From an uncultured Acidobacteriota bacterium (GTDB lineage Bacteria; Acidobacteriota; Thermoanaerobaculia; Thermoanaerobaculales; Sulfomarinibacteraceae), in assembly GCA_963844845.1 (NCBI GenBank), contig CAWJPW010000003.1:190391-254390 (forward strand): a DNA stretch of 64,000 bases, in the 5' to 3' direction. The notes below the pieces were generated by a model, which was not told the DNA's origin, ran no database searches, and saw only the letters and a list, made by a program, of their open reading frames with translations. Made by a program: the position numbers and the translations under genes. Each line of letters begins with the position of its first letter. Positions within the stretch are counted from its first letter, which is position 1. Positions 1-8,833 of the stretch are shown here, piece after piece.

Positions 1-1934
1 TCACCCACGCGGTCACCGAGCGCACCGCCAACCTCAACTACTCGTACGAGTCCGGTGCCCTCAACGAGGCCATGTCCGACATCATGGCGGCCTCGGCCGA
101 GGCCTGGGTGGACGGTGGCGTCAACTCCAACACCTGGAAGATCGGTGAGGACTGCTACACGCCGAGCACCTCGGGTGACGCGCTGCGCTACATGAACAAC
201 CCCACCGCTGACGGGCAGTCCTACGACTACTACCCCGAGCGCTACACCGGCAGCCAGGACAACGGTGGTGTGCACCTCAACTCGGGCATCGCCAACCTCG
301 CCTACTACCTGCTGTCGCAGGGCGGCACCCACCCACGCAACAAGACGACGGTGAACGTCCCGGCGGTTGGCATCAACAAGGCGGAGCAGATCTTCTACCG
401 CGCTCTGGCCAACTACATGACCTCCACCACCGACTTCGAGGGCGCTCGCAACGCCACCGCGCAGGCGGCCACCGACCTGTACGGGACCACCGAGACGAAC
501 GCGGTGCAGGCGACCTGGGACGCTGTGGGTGTACCGGGCGGCGGCGGTAGCGGTGGCGGTACCGTCACCGACCTCTCCAACGGCGTGGCGGTGACCAACC
601 TGTCGGGTTCCACCGGCAGCTGGGCCTACTACAAGATCGCCGTGCCCTCCGGGCAGGACTCGCTGGTGATCGCGATCTCCGGCGGTTCGGGTGACTGCGA
701 CCTCTACGTGAAGCGCGGCTCGCAGCCCTCCAGCTCGTCCTACGACTACCGCCCCTACCTCAACGGCAACAACGAGACCGTCACGGTGACCAGCCCGGCG
801 GCGGGCGACTGGTACGTCGGCCTCAATGCCTACTCGAGCTACTCGGGGCTCACCCTGACGGCGACCTACACGGGCGGCAGCGAGCCGCCGCCGGATCCGG
901 GCGACGGCGTCATCGTTCTCGACAATGGCGTCGCGGTAACCAACCTCTCCGGCGCCAAGGGCGCGGACGCGTTCTACAAGATCGCGGTACCCGCCAGCCA
1001 GACCTCCCTGGAGATCAAGATCTGGGGCGGCAGCGGCGACTGTGACCTCTATGTGAAGCGCGGCTCGCAGCCCACCACCAGCTCCTACGACTACCGGCCG
1101 TACCTGTCGGGCAACAACGAGACCGTCACGGTGACCAATCCGACCTCGGGCGACTGGTACATCATGCTGCACGGCTACGCCGCCTACTCCGGCATGTCGC
1201 TGCAGGCCACCTATGTTGGCAACAGTGAGCCGCCGCCGGACCCGGGCGACGGCGTCACCGAGCTCTCCAACGGGGTGCCGGTAACCAACCTCTCGGGCGC
1301 GCAGGGCTCCGACACCTTCTACAAGATCGTCGTCCCGGCCAGCCAGAGCACCCTGGAGATCAAGACCTACAGCGGCTCGGGTGACTGCGACCTCTACGTG
1401 CGCTTCGGCGCACAGCCCACCACCTCGACCTACGACTACCGGCCGTACCTGTCGGGTAACAACGAGACCGTGACGGTCTCGAACCCGCAGGCGGGGACCT
1501 GGTACATCATGCTGCACGGCTACGCCTCTTTCTCGGGGATGAGCCTGCAGGGCGCCTACAGCGGCGGGGGTGGCGGCTCCACCTCGATGAACGAGTCGGA
1601 GTCCAACAACACCACGTCGTCGGCCGACGTCATTGCCAGCTCGCCGATGAACGTGACCGGCTACATCGGCTCCAGCTCCGACGTCGACTACTTCAAGGTG
1701 AGCCTGGCCGCCGGTCACACGCTCACTCTGGACATGGCGGTGCCGTCGGGCAAGGACTACGACGTCAAGTTCTACAACGCCTCGGGCTCCACCCTGGCCA
1801 CCGGCCAGAACGGCACCGGCCAGTCCGAGCACGTCACCTACACGGCCTCGTCCTCGATGACGGTGTACGTCAAGGTCTATCCCTACTCGGGATCGTCCAC
1901 GACGACGCCGTACACCCTGGACGTGACCTTCTAG
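1..1934 (+). CDS. Thermolysin-family (peptidase M4) secreted metalloprotease, C-terminal portion; 5' end lies outside the window
   Basis: Frame is open from the window edge (codons from nt 3). THAVTERTANLNYSYESGALNEAMSDI aligns with the thermolysin HExxH...GxxNEAxSD zinc-site region, so the window starts inside HExxH. GGVHLNSGI matches the M4 catalytic His region. PPC-type C-terminal domains follow. Stop TAG at 1932-1934. Confidence 0.88.
   Translation, partial: THAVTERTANLNYSYESGALNEAMSDIMAASAEAWVDGGVNSNTWKIGEDCYTPSTSGDALRYMNNPTADGQSYDYYPERYTGSQDNGGVHLNSGIANLAYYLLSQGGTHPRNKTTVNVPAVGINKAEQIFYRALANYMTSTTDFEGARNATAQAATDLYGTTETNAVQATWDAVGVPGGGGSGGGTVTDLSNGVAVTNLSGSTGSWAYYKIAVPSGQDSLVIAISGGSGDCDLYVKRGSQPSSSSYDYRPYLNGNNETVTVTSPAAGDWYVGLNAYSSYSGLTLTATYTGGSEPPPDPGDGVIVLDNGVAVTNLSGAKGADAFYKIAVPASQTSLEIKIWGGSGDCDLYVKRGSQPTTSSYDYRPYLSGNNETVTVTNPTSGDWYIMLHGYAAYSGMSLQATYVGNSEPPPDPGDGVTELSNGVPVTNLSGAQGSDTFYKIVVPASQSTLEIKTYSGSGDCDLYVRFGAQPTTSTYDYRPYLSGNNETVTVSNPQAGTWYIMLHGYASFSGMSLQGAYSGGGGGSTSMNESESNNTTSSADVIASSPMNVTGYIGSSSDVDYFKVSLAAGHTLTLDMAVPSGKDYDVKFYNASGSTLATGQNGTGQSEHVTYTASSSMTVYVKVYPYSGSSTTTPYTLDVTF
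561..1562 (+). repeat. Three tandem ~117-aa (~350-nt) PPC (pre-peptidase C-terminal) domain repeats inside the M4 protease gene; a fourth divergent PPC-like domain follows to the stop
   Basis: The block NGVxVTNLSG..FYKIxVPxxQ..GGSGDCDLYV(K/R)xGxQP..YDYRPYL(N/S)GNNETVTV..GDWY..EPPPDPGDG occurs three times in the translation. Confidence 0.85.
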
Positions 1935-1957
1935 GCTTCGTCGAGGGCGTCTTTTGG

Positions 1958-1993
1958 GAACCCCGCCGCACTTGCGGCGGGGTTCTTCTTCTG
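1958..1993 (+). terminator. Rho-independent terminator after the M4 protease gene
   Basis: Stem gaaccccgccgc / gcggcggggttc with loop actt, followed by ttcttct, 24 nt after the stop codon. Confidence 0.7.
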
Positions 1994-2011
1994 CGTCGGT
2001 AGAATGGGCTC

Positions 2012-4660
2012 GTGAAGGTCATCACGACCCATCTGGCGGCGGACTTCGACGCCTTCGCGGCGGCGGTGTGCGCGCCGCGCCTGTACCCCGACCACCGGGT
2101 GCTCTTCCCCGGCTCGCAGGAGCTCGCGGTGCGGCGCTTCCTGGCCGGCACCAACTGGCCGTTCCCGGAGGTCCGTCTGCGCGAAGCACGCCGCGTCACC
2201 TGGGAGCACGCGGTGGTGGTGGACACCCGCAACCCGCGCCGGCTCGGGGAGGCATGGGAGCTCATCCAGCGCGACGGGTGCCCGGTCACCCTCATCGACC
2301 ACCATGCCACCGAGCCCGAGCAGCTGGGGGCCCGCGAGATCATCTCCCGGCGGGTGGGAGCGACCTGCACCATCCTGGCGACGCTCATGGACGATCGGGA
2401 CCTGCCTCCCTCCCCGGCGGAAGCGTCCCTGATGCTCATGGGCATCTACGAGGACACCGGCGGTCTCTCCTACCGCGAGACCACCCCCGAGGACCTCCGC
2501 AGGGCGGCGTGGCTGATGGACCGGGGCGGCTCGCTGGAGCTGGTCCGGCGCTGGGTGCTCAAGGGTCTGGAGCCGGAGCAGCTCGACCTCCTCAACCGGC
2601 TGGTGGACGCCACCGAGGAGGTCACCGTGCACGGGGTGCCGGTGTCATTGGCAATGGTGGAGGTCGATCGCTACCACGAGGAGGCGGCGTACGTGGTGCA
2701 CCGCTGGATGGAGACCTTCGACATCCCGGTGGGAGTTGTCCTCCTGATCCAGCCGCCCCACGTCAACCTGATCCTGCGTTCCCGGCTGCCGGGCCTGCAC
2801 GCCGGGCGGGTGGCTCAACACTTCGGCGGCGGCGGGCATGCTCCGGCCGCCTCGGCACGGGTCTCCGGCCGCATGCCGGTGGAGCTGCGCGAAGAGCTGC
2901 TGGTGGTGCTCGAGCGCGAGCTGCCGCCCGCCGCCACCGCCGCCGACGTCGCCGTGCGGCGCATCTTCACCATCGACAGCGGCACCTCCGCTGCCAGGGT
3001 CAAGGAGCGCATGAACGAGCTGCGGGTCAACGCCCTGCCCGCCCGGGATGCCGCCAGCGGGGCGCTGGTGGGGCTGCTGACCCGTCAGGTCCTCGACCGC
3101 GCCCTCGCCCTCGGACTCGGCGACCGCCCAGCCGAGGCGGTGATGCTGCCCGGCGTCCCCACAGTCGACAGTGGGACCCCACTGGACGAGCTCCGCGACC
3201 TCTTCCTCGAGCGCTCCCTCCGCTTCGTGGTGGTGGAGGAGGACGGTCACCCCATGGGGATCGTCACCCGCATGGAGCTCTTCCGCCGCATCTTCGAGCG
3301 GCAGTCCAGCGCAGGCGAGGGTCTCGACAACCGCATGCGGGGCGCTCGCCAGGTGACCCATCCGGTGACACGGATGCTCCGTGAGGTTGCGCCGCGCTGG
3401 GTCCAGGACCTCATCGGGGTCGCCCGCCGAGCGGCCGACGCCCAGGAGGTGGATGTCTACCTGGTGGGCGGGCTGGTGCGCGACCTGCTTCTGACGCGAA
3501 TCAACGAGGACGTGGACCTCGTCGTGGAGGGCGACGGGATTGCCTTTGCCGAGCGGCTGGCCGCCGCGGCGGGAGGTACCAGCCATCCACACGTCCCGTT
3601 CCTCACCGCCATCGTGACGCTTCCGGATGGCCACAGGGTGGACGTCGCCTCGGCTCGGACCGAGTTCTACCGTACGCCCGCCGCCCTCCCCGAGGTGGAG
3701 ACATCGCTCATCCGCCAGGATCTCTACCGTCGCGACTTCACGGTCAACGCCCTTGCCGTGGCCATCTCGGGCACCCGCCACGGCCAGCTGGTGGACTTCT
3801 TCGGGGGCCAGAAAGACCTGCAGCGCGGCGAGATCCGCGTGCTCCACTCGCTCTCCTTCATCGATGATCCCACCCGCGCCATCCGCGCCGTGCGCTACGC
3901 TCGCCGCCTCGGATTCGCCATCGCTCCCGACACCCGTCACCTCATCGCGACCGCGGTGGGGGAGGGCGTGTTCGCCCGGCTCTCCGGCCAGCGTCTGCGC
4001 CGCGAGCTGGAGCAGATGCTGGCCGAGCCGCACCCCGCGCCGTCCCTGAGCATGCTGGCGGACCTCGAGCTCCTCGCGGCGATCACGCCGGGGCTTACGT
4101 GGTGCGCCGCAGCTGCCGGCCTCCTGCTCGAGGTGGAGGGGCAGCTGAACTGGTACGTGGTTGAGGAGCTGGGACCGCCGGTGGACGCACTGGTCCTCTT
4201 CCTGGGCGCGCTCACGCTGTGTGCAGATGACGGGGTCGCCGCCGCCCTTGCCGACCGCCTGGCGTTGGCCGGAGCGCGGCGCGAGCTCCTGGCGGGCCTG
4301 CCCGCGGTGGTGGCGGAGCTGCTGCGAACGGCTCAGGAGGAGACCGCGCGCAGCGCCGTGGTCCGCACCGTGGAACGTCACTCCGCCGAGGCGGCTCTCG
4401 TGGCCATGGCCCGCGCCGACCTCGCGGTGCGCCGCCGCCTCGCCGACGCCATGACGGCGTCGGTACGGGTCAAACCGCCGGTGGCCGGAAGGGACCTGCT
4501 GGCGGCGGGAGTCCCGCCCGGCCCCCACGTGGGCGTCGCTCTCAGGAAGACCCGCGACGCCCTGGTGGACGGCGAGGTGACGCCCGCCGAAGCCCGCGAG
4601 TTCGCCGCCAATGCCGCCCGTGAGGAGATGGCCGCCGGACAGGGAGGCGCCCCGTGCTGA
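2012..4660 (+). CDS. DHH-domain / tandem CBS / tRNA nucleotidyltransferase (CCA-adding, poly(A) polymerase family) fusion protein
   Basis: GTG start at 2012. N-terminal DHH-type motif LIDHHAT. CBS-like segments lie mid-protein (VNALPARD.., HPMGIVTRMELF). The nucleotidyltransferase head motif VYLVGGLVRDLLL..DVDLVVEGD and YRRDFTVNALA are typical of the CCA-adding enzyme family. Confidence 0.85.
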   Translation: MKVITTHLAADFDAFAAAVCAPRLYPDHRVLFPGSQELAVRRFLAGTNWPFPEVRLREARRVTWEHAVVVDTRNPRRLGEAWELIQRDGCPVTLIDHHATEPEQLGAREIISRRVGATCTILATLMDDRDLPPSPAEASLMLMGIYEDTGGLSYRETTPEDLRRAAWLMDRGGSLELVRRWVLKGLEPEQLDLLNRLVDATEEVTVHGVPVSLAMVEVDRYHEEAAYVVHRWMETFDIPVGVVLLIQPPHVNLILRSRLPGLHAGRVAQHFGGGGHAPAASARVSGRMPVELREELLVVLERELPPAATAADVAVRRIFTIDSGTSAARVKERMNELRVNALPARDAASGALVGLLTRQVLDRALALGLGDRPAEAVMLPGVPTVDSGTPLDELRDLFLERSLRFVVVEEDGHPMGIVTRMELFRRIFERQSSAGEGLDNRMRGARQVTHPVTRMLREVAPRWVQDLIGVARRAADAQEVDVYLVGGLVRDLLLTRINEDVDLVVEGDGIAFAERLAAAAGGTSHPHVPFLTAIVTLPDGHRVDVASARTEFYRTPAALPEVETSLIRQDLYRRDFTVNALAVAISGTRHGQLVDFFGGQKDLQRGEIRVLHSLSFIDDPTRAIRAVRYARRLGFAIAPDTRHLIATAVGEGVFARLSGQRLRRELEQMLAEPHPAPSLSMLADLELLAAITPGLTWCAAAAGLLLEVEGQLNWYVVEELGPPVDALVLFLGALTLCADDGVAAALADRLALAGARRELLAGLPAVVAELLRTAQEETARSAVVRTVERHSAEAALVAMARADLAVRRRLADAMTASVRVKPPVAGRDLLAAGVPPGPHVGVALRKTRDALVDGEVTPAEAREFAANAAREEMAAGQGGAPC

Positions 4661-5301
4661 CGCAGCTTCTGCTTCTGATCGCCTCGGCTGCCGCGGCCGC
4701 GCCGGAGCCGACGCCGACTCCGGTGACCGCACCGGTCGCTGTGGCCGAGCGCGTCGTCACCAGGGACGGGCGCATCACCCGGTTGTCCCTCTTCAGCAAC
4801 CGCGTGGCGGTGCTTTCTGAGCGCGAAGACGGCCACCCGATCTTCTCCCGCCGCCGCACGCTCACGCACGAGGAGTACGTGGGCTACCTGGCGGCGCTCA
4901 CCCGCGATGCGCCGCTGGTGCTCGGAGACGACCGCGAGCCACCGCCCAGCGATCCGAACAACCGGGCCACCCTCACCCTGCGTGTGGGGTCCGGTCCTCC
5001 CCATACCGTGGAGTACTCGCCGCTCTCCGTGACCCGCCTCGCCCTGTCCCGCCTGAACGCCGCACTTGACGATCTCGAGTCGGTGCTCCGCGACACAAGC
5101 CCATCGCGGGCGGCGTTGGAGAGCTGGCGGCCTGCTCCCGGCGATCGTGTCGAGCTGTGGGGTGGTGAGACCGCCCGGGTGGTGGAGGTGCGCGACGATG
5201 GGGTCGTCGTGATCGAGCACGACAACACGCCGGTGATCGAGGTCCTGGCTGCCGAGCAGCTGGCCCAGCGCGTGCGTCGCGTGCTGCCGTCGACGCCGTG
5301 A
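4654..5301 (+). CDS. Hypothetical protein with N-terminal hydrophobic signal-like segment
   Basis: GTG start overlaps the upstream stop (GTGCTGA). N-terminus MLTQLLLLIASAAAAAPEPTP. The 3' end overlaps rsmD by 4 nt. No recognisable family motif. Confidence 0.5.
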   Translation: MLTQLLLLIASAAAAAPEPTPTPVTAPVAVAERVVTRDGRITRLSLFSNRVAVLSEREDGHPIFSRRRTLTHEEYVGYLAALTRDAPLVLGDDREPPPSDPNNRATLTLRVGSGPPHTVEYSPLSVTRLALSRLNAALDDLESVLRDTSPSRAALESWRPAPGDRVELWGGETARVVEVRDDGVVVIEHDNTPVIEVLAAEQLAQRVRRVLPSTP

Positions 5302-5891
5302 GGATCACCGGCGGAGCGTGGCGTTCGCGCCTGCTGCGCGGCCCGCGCCGTGGCATGCCGCTGCGCCCCACCCCCGACGCCCTGCGCGAGCGCGCTTTCG
5401 CTGTGCTGGGTGATCGCGTGGTGGGCGCCTTTGTCCTGGACCTCTTCGCGGGCACCGGCGCCGTAGGGCTCGAGGCCCTCTCCCGCGGCGCCGCCCACGC
5501 CGTTTTTGTGGAACGGCATCGCGGCGCGGCCGCCTTGGTCGACGCCAACCGCGCGAGCCTGGGGGCCGCCCAGCAGAGCGTGGTGCTCGTGATGCCAGCC
5601 AGCCGCGCCGTGCGTGAGCTGGCGCGGCGCGGTGAGTGCTTCGATCTCGCCTGGGCCGACCCGCCGTTCGAGCGCTGGCAGGAGGGGCTGGAGGCCCTCG
5701 CTCTCGCGTTCGAGCTCGGCGTCCTCGCGTCGGACGCCGTCGCCTGCCTCGAGTGCCCCGCCCGCGTCGCCGTCGAGCACCGGGGCCTGGAGGTGGTCCG
5801 CGACCTCGCCGGCGGCGCCTCGCGGCTGGTGCTGCTGAAGCCCCTCCCAGCGCCCCGGAACACGGAGGAAGGGAGCCGGGAGACGCCCTGA
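5298..5891 (+). CDS. rsmD: 16S rRNA (guanine966-N2)-methyltransferase RsmD
   Basis: SAM-binding motif LDLFAGTGAVGLEALSRGA and the catalytic DPPF motif (WADPPFE); size ~197 aa. Confidence 0.85.
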   Translation: MRITGGAWRSRLLRGPRRGMPLRPTPDALRERAFAVLGDRVVGAFVLDLFAGTGAVGLEALSRGAAHAVFVERHRGAAALVDANRASLGAAQQSVVLVMPASRAVRELARRGECFDLAWADPPFERWQEGLEALALAFELGVLASDAVACLECPARVAVEHRGLEVVRDLAGGASRLVLLKPLPAPRNTEEGSRETP

Positions 5892-5930
5892 TCCCGCGGG
5901 CAAGGGCGCCGCGGCAACCCCGGACGCGGA

Positions 5931-6228
5931 CGCGGTCCCGGACCCCGTGCCGGCTCCTGATGCTCCCGGCACCGGCTCCCGGGCGTCGGCCTTGCCGACG
6001 CCCGTCGGCGCGTTCGCGAAGGGGGCGACGGCAGAAGCTGCCTGGCGGTAACATAGCCCCCTTCGCGCCCGCGCCGAGTCGCCTCCCTGGTCGTTTGGGG
6101 CCACTGCTCCGGGCGCAAAGGGCCGTGGGAGCCCCCCCGGACACTTTTCCCCGGAGCGCGCTGCAAACGAGGAGGTTGTTGGGGAAAAGTGTTCGGGACG
6201 GCACTCCCGCCGGAGGGCACCTGCTCCG
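5931..6228 (+). repeat. Solo copy (B0) of the ~285-bp hairpin-rich 'B' repeat module also present twice at 20589-21400
   Basis: Direct alignment by eye. gtgccggctcctgatgctccc..cgcgttcgcgaagggggcgacg..cccccttcgcgcc..ccggacac..aacgaggagg..aaaagtgt.cggg..ccgccggagggcac.tgctccg matches 20589-20872 and 21117-21400. Confidence 0.85.
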
Positions 6229-6334
6229 CACGGAACTCTGCACCACCGTCGCGCTCGCGTGCGGGACCGTTCTCGCTCCTGTCGTCTTCTCCCATTCGTA
6301 GGCACTCCTCACACCACCCCCGTATACTTGTCGG

Positions 6335-7438
6335 ATGCTGCGCTTCGATCTTTCCCAGCTGCTTCTCGGGATGGCCTCGGTGTCCTCCCGGATCGAGGAC
6401 CTGGTGTTCACCGTCGGCCGGCCTCCCCTGGTGCGCATCGACGGCGAGATCCGCCCGGTAAAGATGGGCTCGTTGGATCGGTTGGCGCCGTTCCATACCG
6501 AGATGGTGGTGCTGCACCTCCTGAGCGCGGCCCCCCAGGCTGCCGCCCGACTGCGCGAGCGCGGCGCTGCCAGCTTCATCTACCCGATCCCCGGGAAATC
6601 ACGCTTCCGTGCCTCTATCTTCAGCCAGCGCGGCAGCTTCGGGGCGGTACTGCGGGCCATCGCCGACGGTGTTCCAACCCTTGCCGACCTGGGGCTCGTG
6701 AAAGAGTTCGAGGACGTGCTCGAGGAGCGGGCCGGCATCATCCTGGTGAACGGTCCCGCCGGCTCGGGGCGGTCCACAACCATGGCGGCGGTACTCAACG
6801 AGCTCAACCAGACTCGTGCCTGCCACATCGTCACGGTGGAAGACCCCATCGAGTTCCTCCACCGTCACGCCCGTGCCGTGGTGCATCAGCGTGAGGTCGG
6901 GCAGGACACTCCCAGCGCGGCCGCCGGGCTCGAGGATGCGCTCTACCAGGGAGCCCAGGTCATCGTGCTGTCCGAGGTGACCGACCGGGATGCCGCGGCC
7001 CTCGCTCTGGAGGCGGCGGAGGCCGGCCATCTCGTGGTGACCTCGGTGCGGGGGCTCGACACGGGCACCGCGCTGGAGCGGTTCGTCGGGTTCTTCGAAG
7101 GCGAGGAGCAGGAGCGCGCCTGCCGGCACCTCACCTTCTCGCTCAAGCTGTGTGTCACCCAGCGACTCGTACCCAAGATTGGTGGCGGCCGGGTGCTCGC
7201 CGCCGAGATCTGGCGCAGCCTGCCCACGACCCGCGAGCTTCTCCAGAACGGACAGCTCGCCTCCCAGGTGATCGCTGACCTGTTGCGCGACGCCAGCGCC
7301 TTTGGATGCTGCCCCCTCGACCTGTCGCTGGAGCGGCTGGTGCGTGAGGGAGGGGTGGAGGCTGGGGCGGCGCTGGCCGAAGCCGTGGCGCCGCGTCAGC
7401 TGGAGCTGCGCCTCATGGGTCTCGAGGGGATGAGCTGA
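6335..7438 (+). CDS. PilT/PilU-family (type IV pilus retraction-type) hexameric ATPase homolog with degenerate catalytic motifs
   Basis: Collinear with PilT. It has the Asp box IVTVEDPIEF. Walker A is GPAGSGRST (Arg where the P-loop Lys is expected; codon 6770-6772). Walker B region is VIVLSEVTD. His-box region is AGHLVVTSVRG instead of GHLVxxTLHT. The GGGRVLAAEIW tail is present. Confidence 0.8.
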   Translation: MLRFDLSQLLLGMASVSSRIEDLVFTVGRPPLVRIDGEIRPVKMGSLDRLAPFHTEMVVLHLLSAAPQAAARLRERGAASFIYPIPGKSRFRASIFSQRGSFGAVLRAIADGVPTLADLGLVKEFEDVLEERAGIILVNGPAGSGRSTTMAAVLNELNQTRACHIVTVEDPIEFLHRHARAVVHQREVGQDTPSAAAGLEDALYQGAQVIVLSEVTDRDAAALALEAAEAGHLVVTSVRGLDTGTALERFVGFFEGEEQERACRHLTFSLKLCVTQRLVPKIGGGRVLAAEIWRSLPTTRELLQNGQLASQVIADLLRDASAFGCCPLDLSLERLVREGGVEAGAALAEAVAPRQLELRLMGLEGMS

Positions 7439-7824
7439 TGGAAGTCCTGGTGTTGGGAGAGGGCGAGATCGTCGAGCACCTGACCGCCCAGCTCGCTGCC
7501 GGCGGGGTCGAGGTGGTGGACGTGGACGGCGTGGAGGACGCGGTGCAGCGGGTGGGAGTCGGCGAGGTCGCCGCGGTCCTCGTGGATGACGGCTCAGAGC
7601 AGGTCGCCTCCCTCAATCTTCTGGCGCCGCGGACCCGGCGGCGCCTGGTGGTGATCCAGGTGGGTGAAAAGCTCACCACCGGCGACGGTAGCGCCGCCTT
7701 CACGCGCGGCGTCAATCTCGTGGTCGCCTCGGCCGATATCGGTCGCCTGCCCGACCTGATCCCCCGCGCGGTGAGGCGCCACCGGGAGCTGGTGGGCCTG
7801 CTCGAGCCGGAGCTGCGCCCGTGA
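7438..7824 (+). CDS. Hypothetical small protein, possibly a CheY-like pseudo-receiver fold
   Basis: ATGA overlap with the upstream stop. Alternating beta/alpha-like pattern (MEVLVLGEGE.., AAVLVDDG.., RLVVIQVG.., VNLVVAS), but the canonical receiver acidic pair and Lys are not evident. Confidence 0.45.
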   Translation: MEVLVLGEGEIVEHLTAQLAAGGVEVVDVDGVEDAVQRVGVGEVAAVLVDDGSEQVASLNLLAPRTRRRLVVIQVGEKLTTGDGSAAFTRGVNLVVASADIGRLPDLIPRAVRRHRELVGLLEPELRP

Positions 7825-8780
7825 CGCCTGTGAGCCCCGGGGTGCTCGCTCGCCTGGAGCGGTTGCACGCCTCGGTGGTGCGGGTGGTACGGGGCAAGGC
7901 CGAGATCGTGGACGCCCTGGTGGCGGCGATGCTGGCCCGGGGCCACGTGCTGCTGGAGGATGTCCCGGGAGTGGGGAAGACCACCCTGGCCCAGGCTCTG
8001 GCGCGCTCCCTGGATCTCAGCTTCCAGCGCATCCAGTTCACCTCCGACACTCTACCCTCCGACATCATCGGGATCTCGGTGTACCGGCAGGCGAACGGAG
8101 ACTTCGAGTTCATTCCCGGGCCGCTGTTCGCCCATGTCGTGCTGGCGGACGAGATCAACCGCGCCACGCCGCGCACCCAGTCCGCCCTGCTGGAGGCCAT
8201 GAGCGAGCACGCGGTCACGGTCGAGCGTGACCGTCACCGCCTTCACGAACCGTTTCTGGTGGTGGCCACCCAGAACCCCGTGGAGTCGACCGGGACCTAC
8301 CCGCTTCCGGAGTCGCAGCTCGATCGCTTTCTGATGCGGCTCTCCATGGGGTACCCGGGGACCGCCGAGGAGCTCGAGCTGGTCCGGTCCGGTGGCGCCG
8401 AGCAGCAGCTGGAGCGCCTCCAGCCGGTGCTCACCGGGGACGAGGTCCGGGACCTCCAGGCCAAGGTGGCGGAGGTCCATGTGGCCGAGCGCCTGCTGGG
8501 CTACCTCATGGAAGTGGTGCAGCGGACCCGCACCCATGAGGCGCTGGCGCTGGGGGTGTCCACGCGGGGGGCGATCCACTGGCATCGCTCGGCCCAGGCC
8601 CTGGCCCTGGTTCGGGGCCGCGCCTACGTGGTTCCCGACGATCTCCAGGACACTGCAGAGCCGGTGCTGGCACATCGCATCATCCTCGCCGATCCCCTGG
8701 CCGGTGACGGTTGGGAGCGCGCCCGGCGGGAGCGCGCGGTGATCCGCGCGCTCCTCGATGCTGTACCGGTGCCACGCTGA
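7821..8780 (+). CDS. MoxR-family AAA+ ATPase
   Basis: GHVLLEDVPGVGKTTLAQALARSL (Walker A), VVLADEINRATPRTQSALLEAM (Walker B/sensor), ~319 aa; 4-nt overlap with the upstream gene. Confidence 0.92.
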   Translation: MTPVSPGVLARLERLHASVVRVVRGKAEIVDALVAAMLARGHVLLEDVPGVGKTTLAQALARSLDLSFQRIQFTSDTLPSDIIGISVYRQANGDFEFIPGPLFAHVVLADEINRATPRTQSALLEAMSEHAVTVERDRHRLHEPFLVVATQNPVESTGTYPLPESQLDRFLMRLSMGYPGTAEELELVRSGGAEQQLERLQPVLTGDEVRDLQAKVAEVHVAERLLGYLMEVVQRTRTHEALALGVSTRGAIHWHRSAQALALVRGRAYVVPDDLQDTAEPVLAHRIILADPLAGDGWERARRERAVIRALLDAVPVPR

Positions 8781-8833
8781 GTGCGGGAAGTCCAGCCGGT
8801 AACCGGATCGTTGGTCGTGGCGAAGGAGTAGCG

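Noticed and set aside
2645-4732. 695-aa ORF antisense to the DHH-CBS-CCA gene. Similar long antisense or out-of-frame ORFs include 4884-6305, 4973-6517, 11709-13073, 15347-17254, 17875-19029, 34700-36910, 37178-38656 and 61714-63984.
   Set aside because: These are typical high-GC artefacts. Their translations are Arg/Gly/Pro/Ala-rich low-complexity strings with no motifs. Each lies opposite or out of frame to a gene with clear family signatures and gene-like third-position GC bias.
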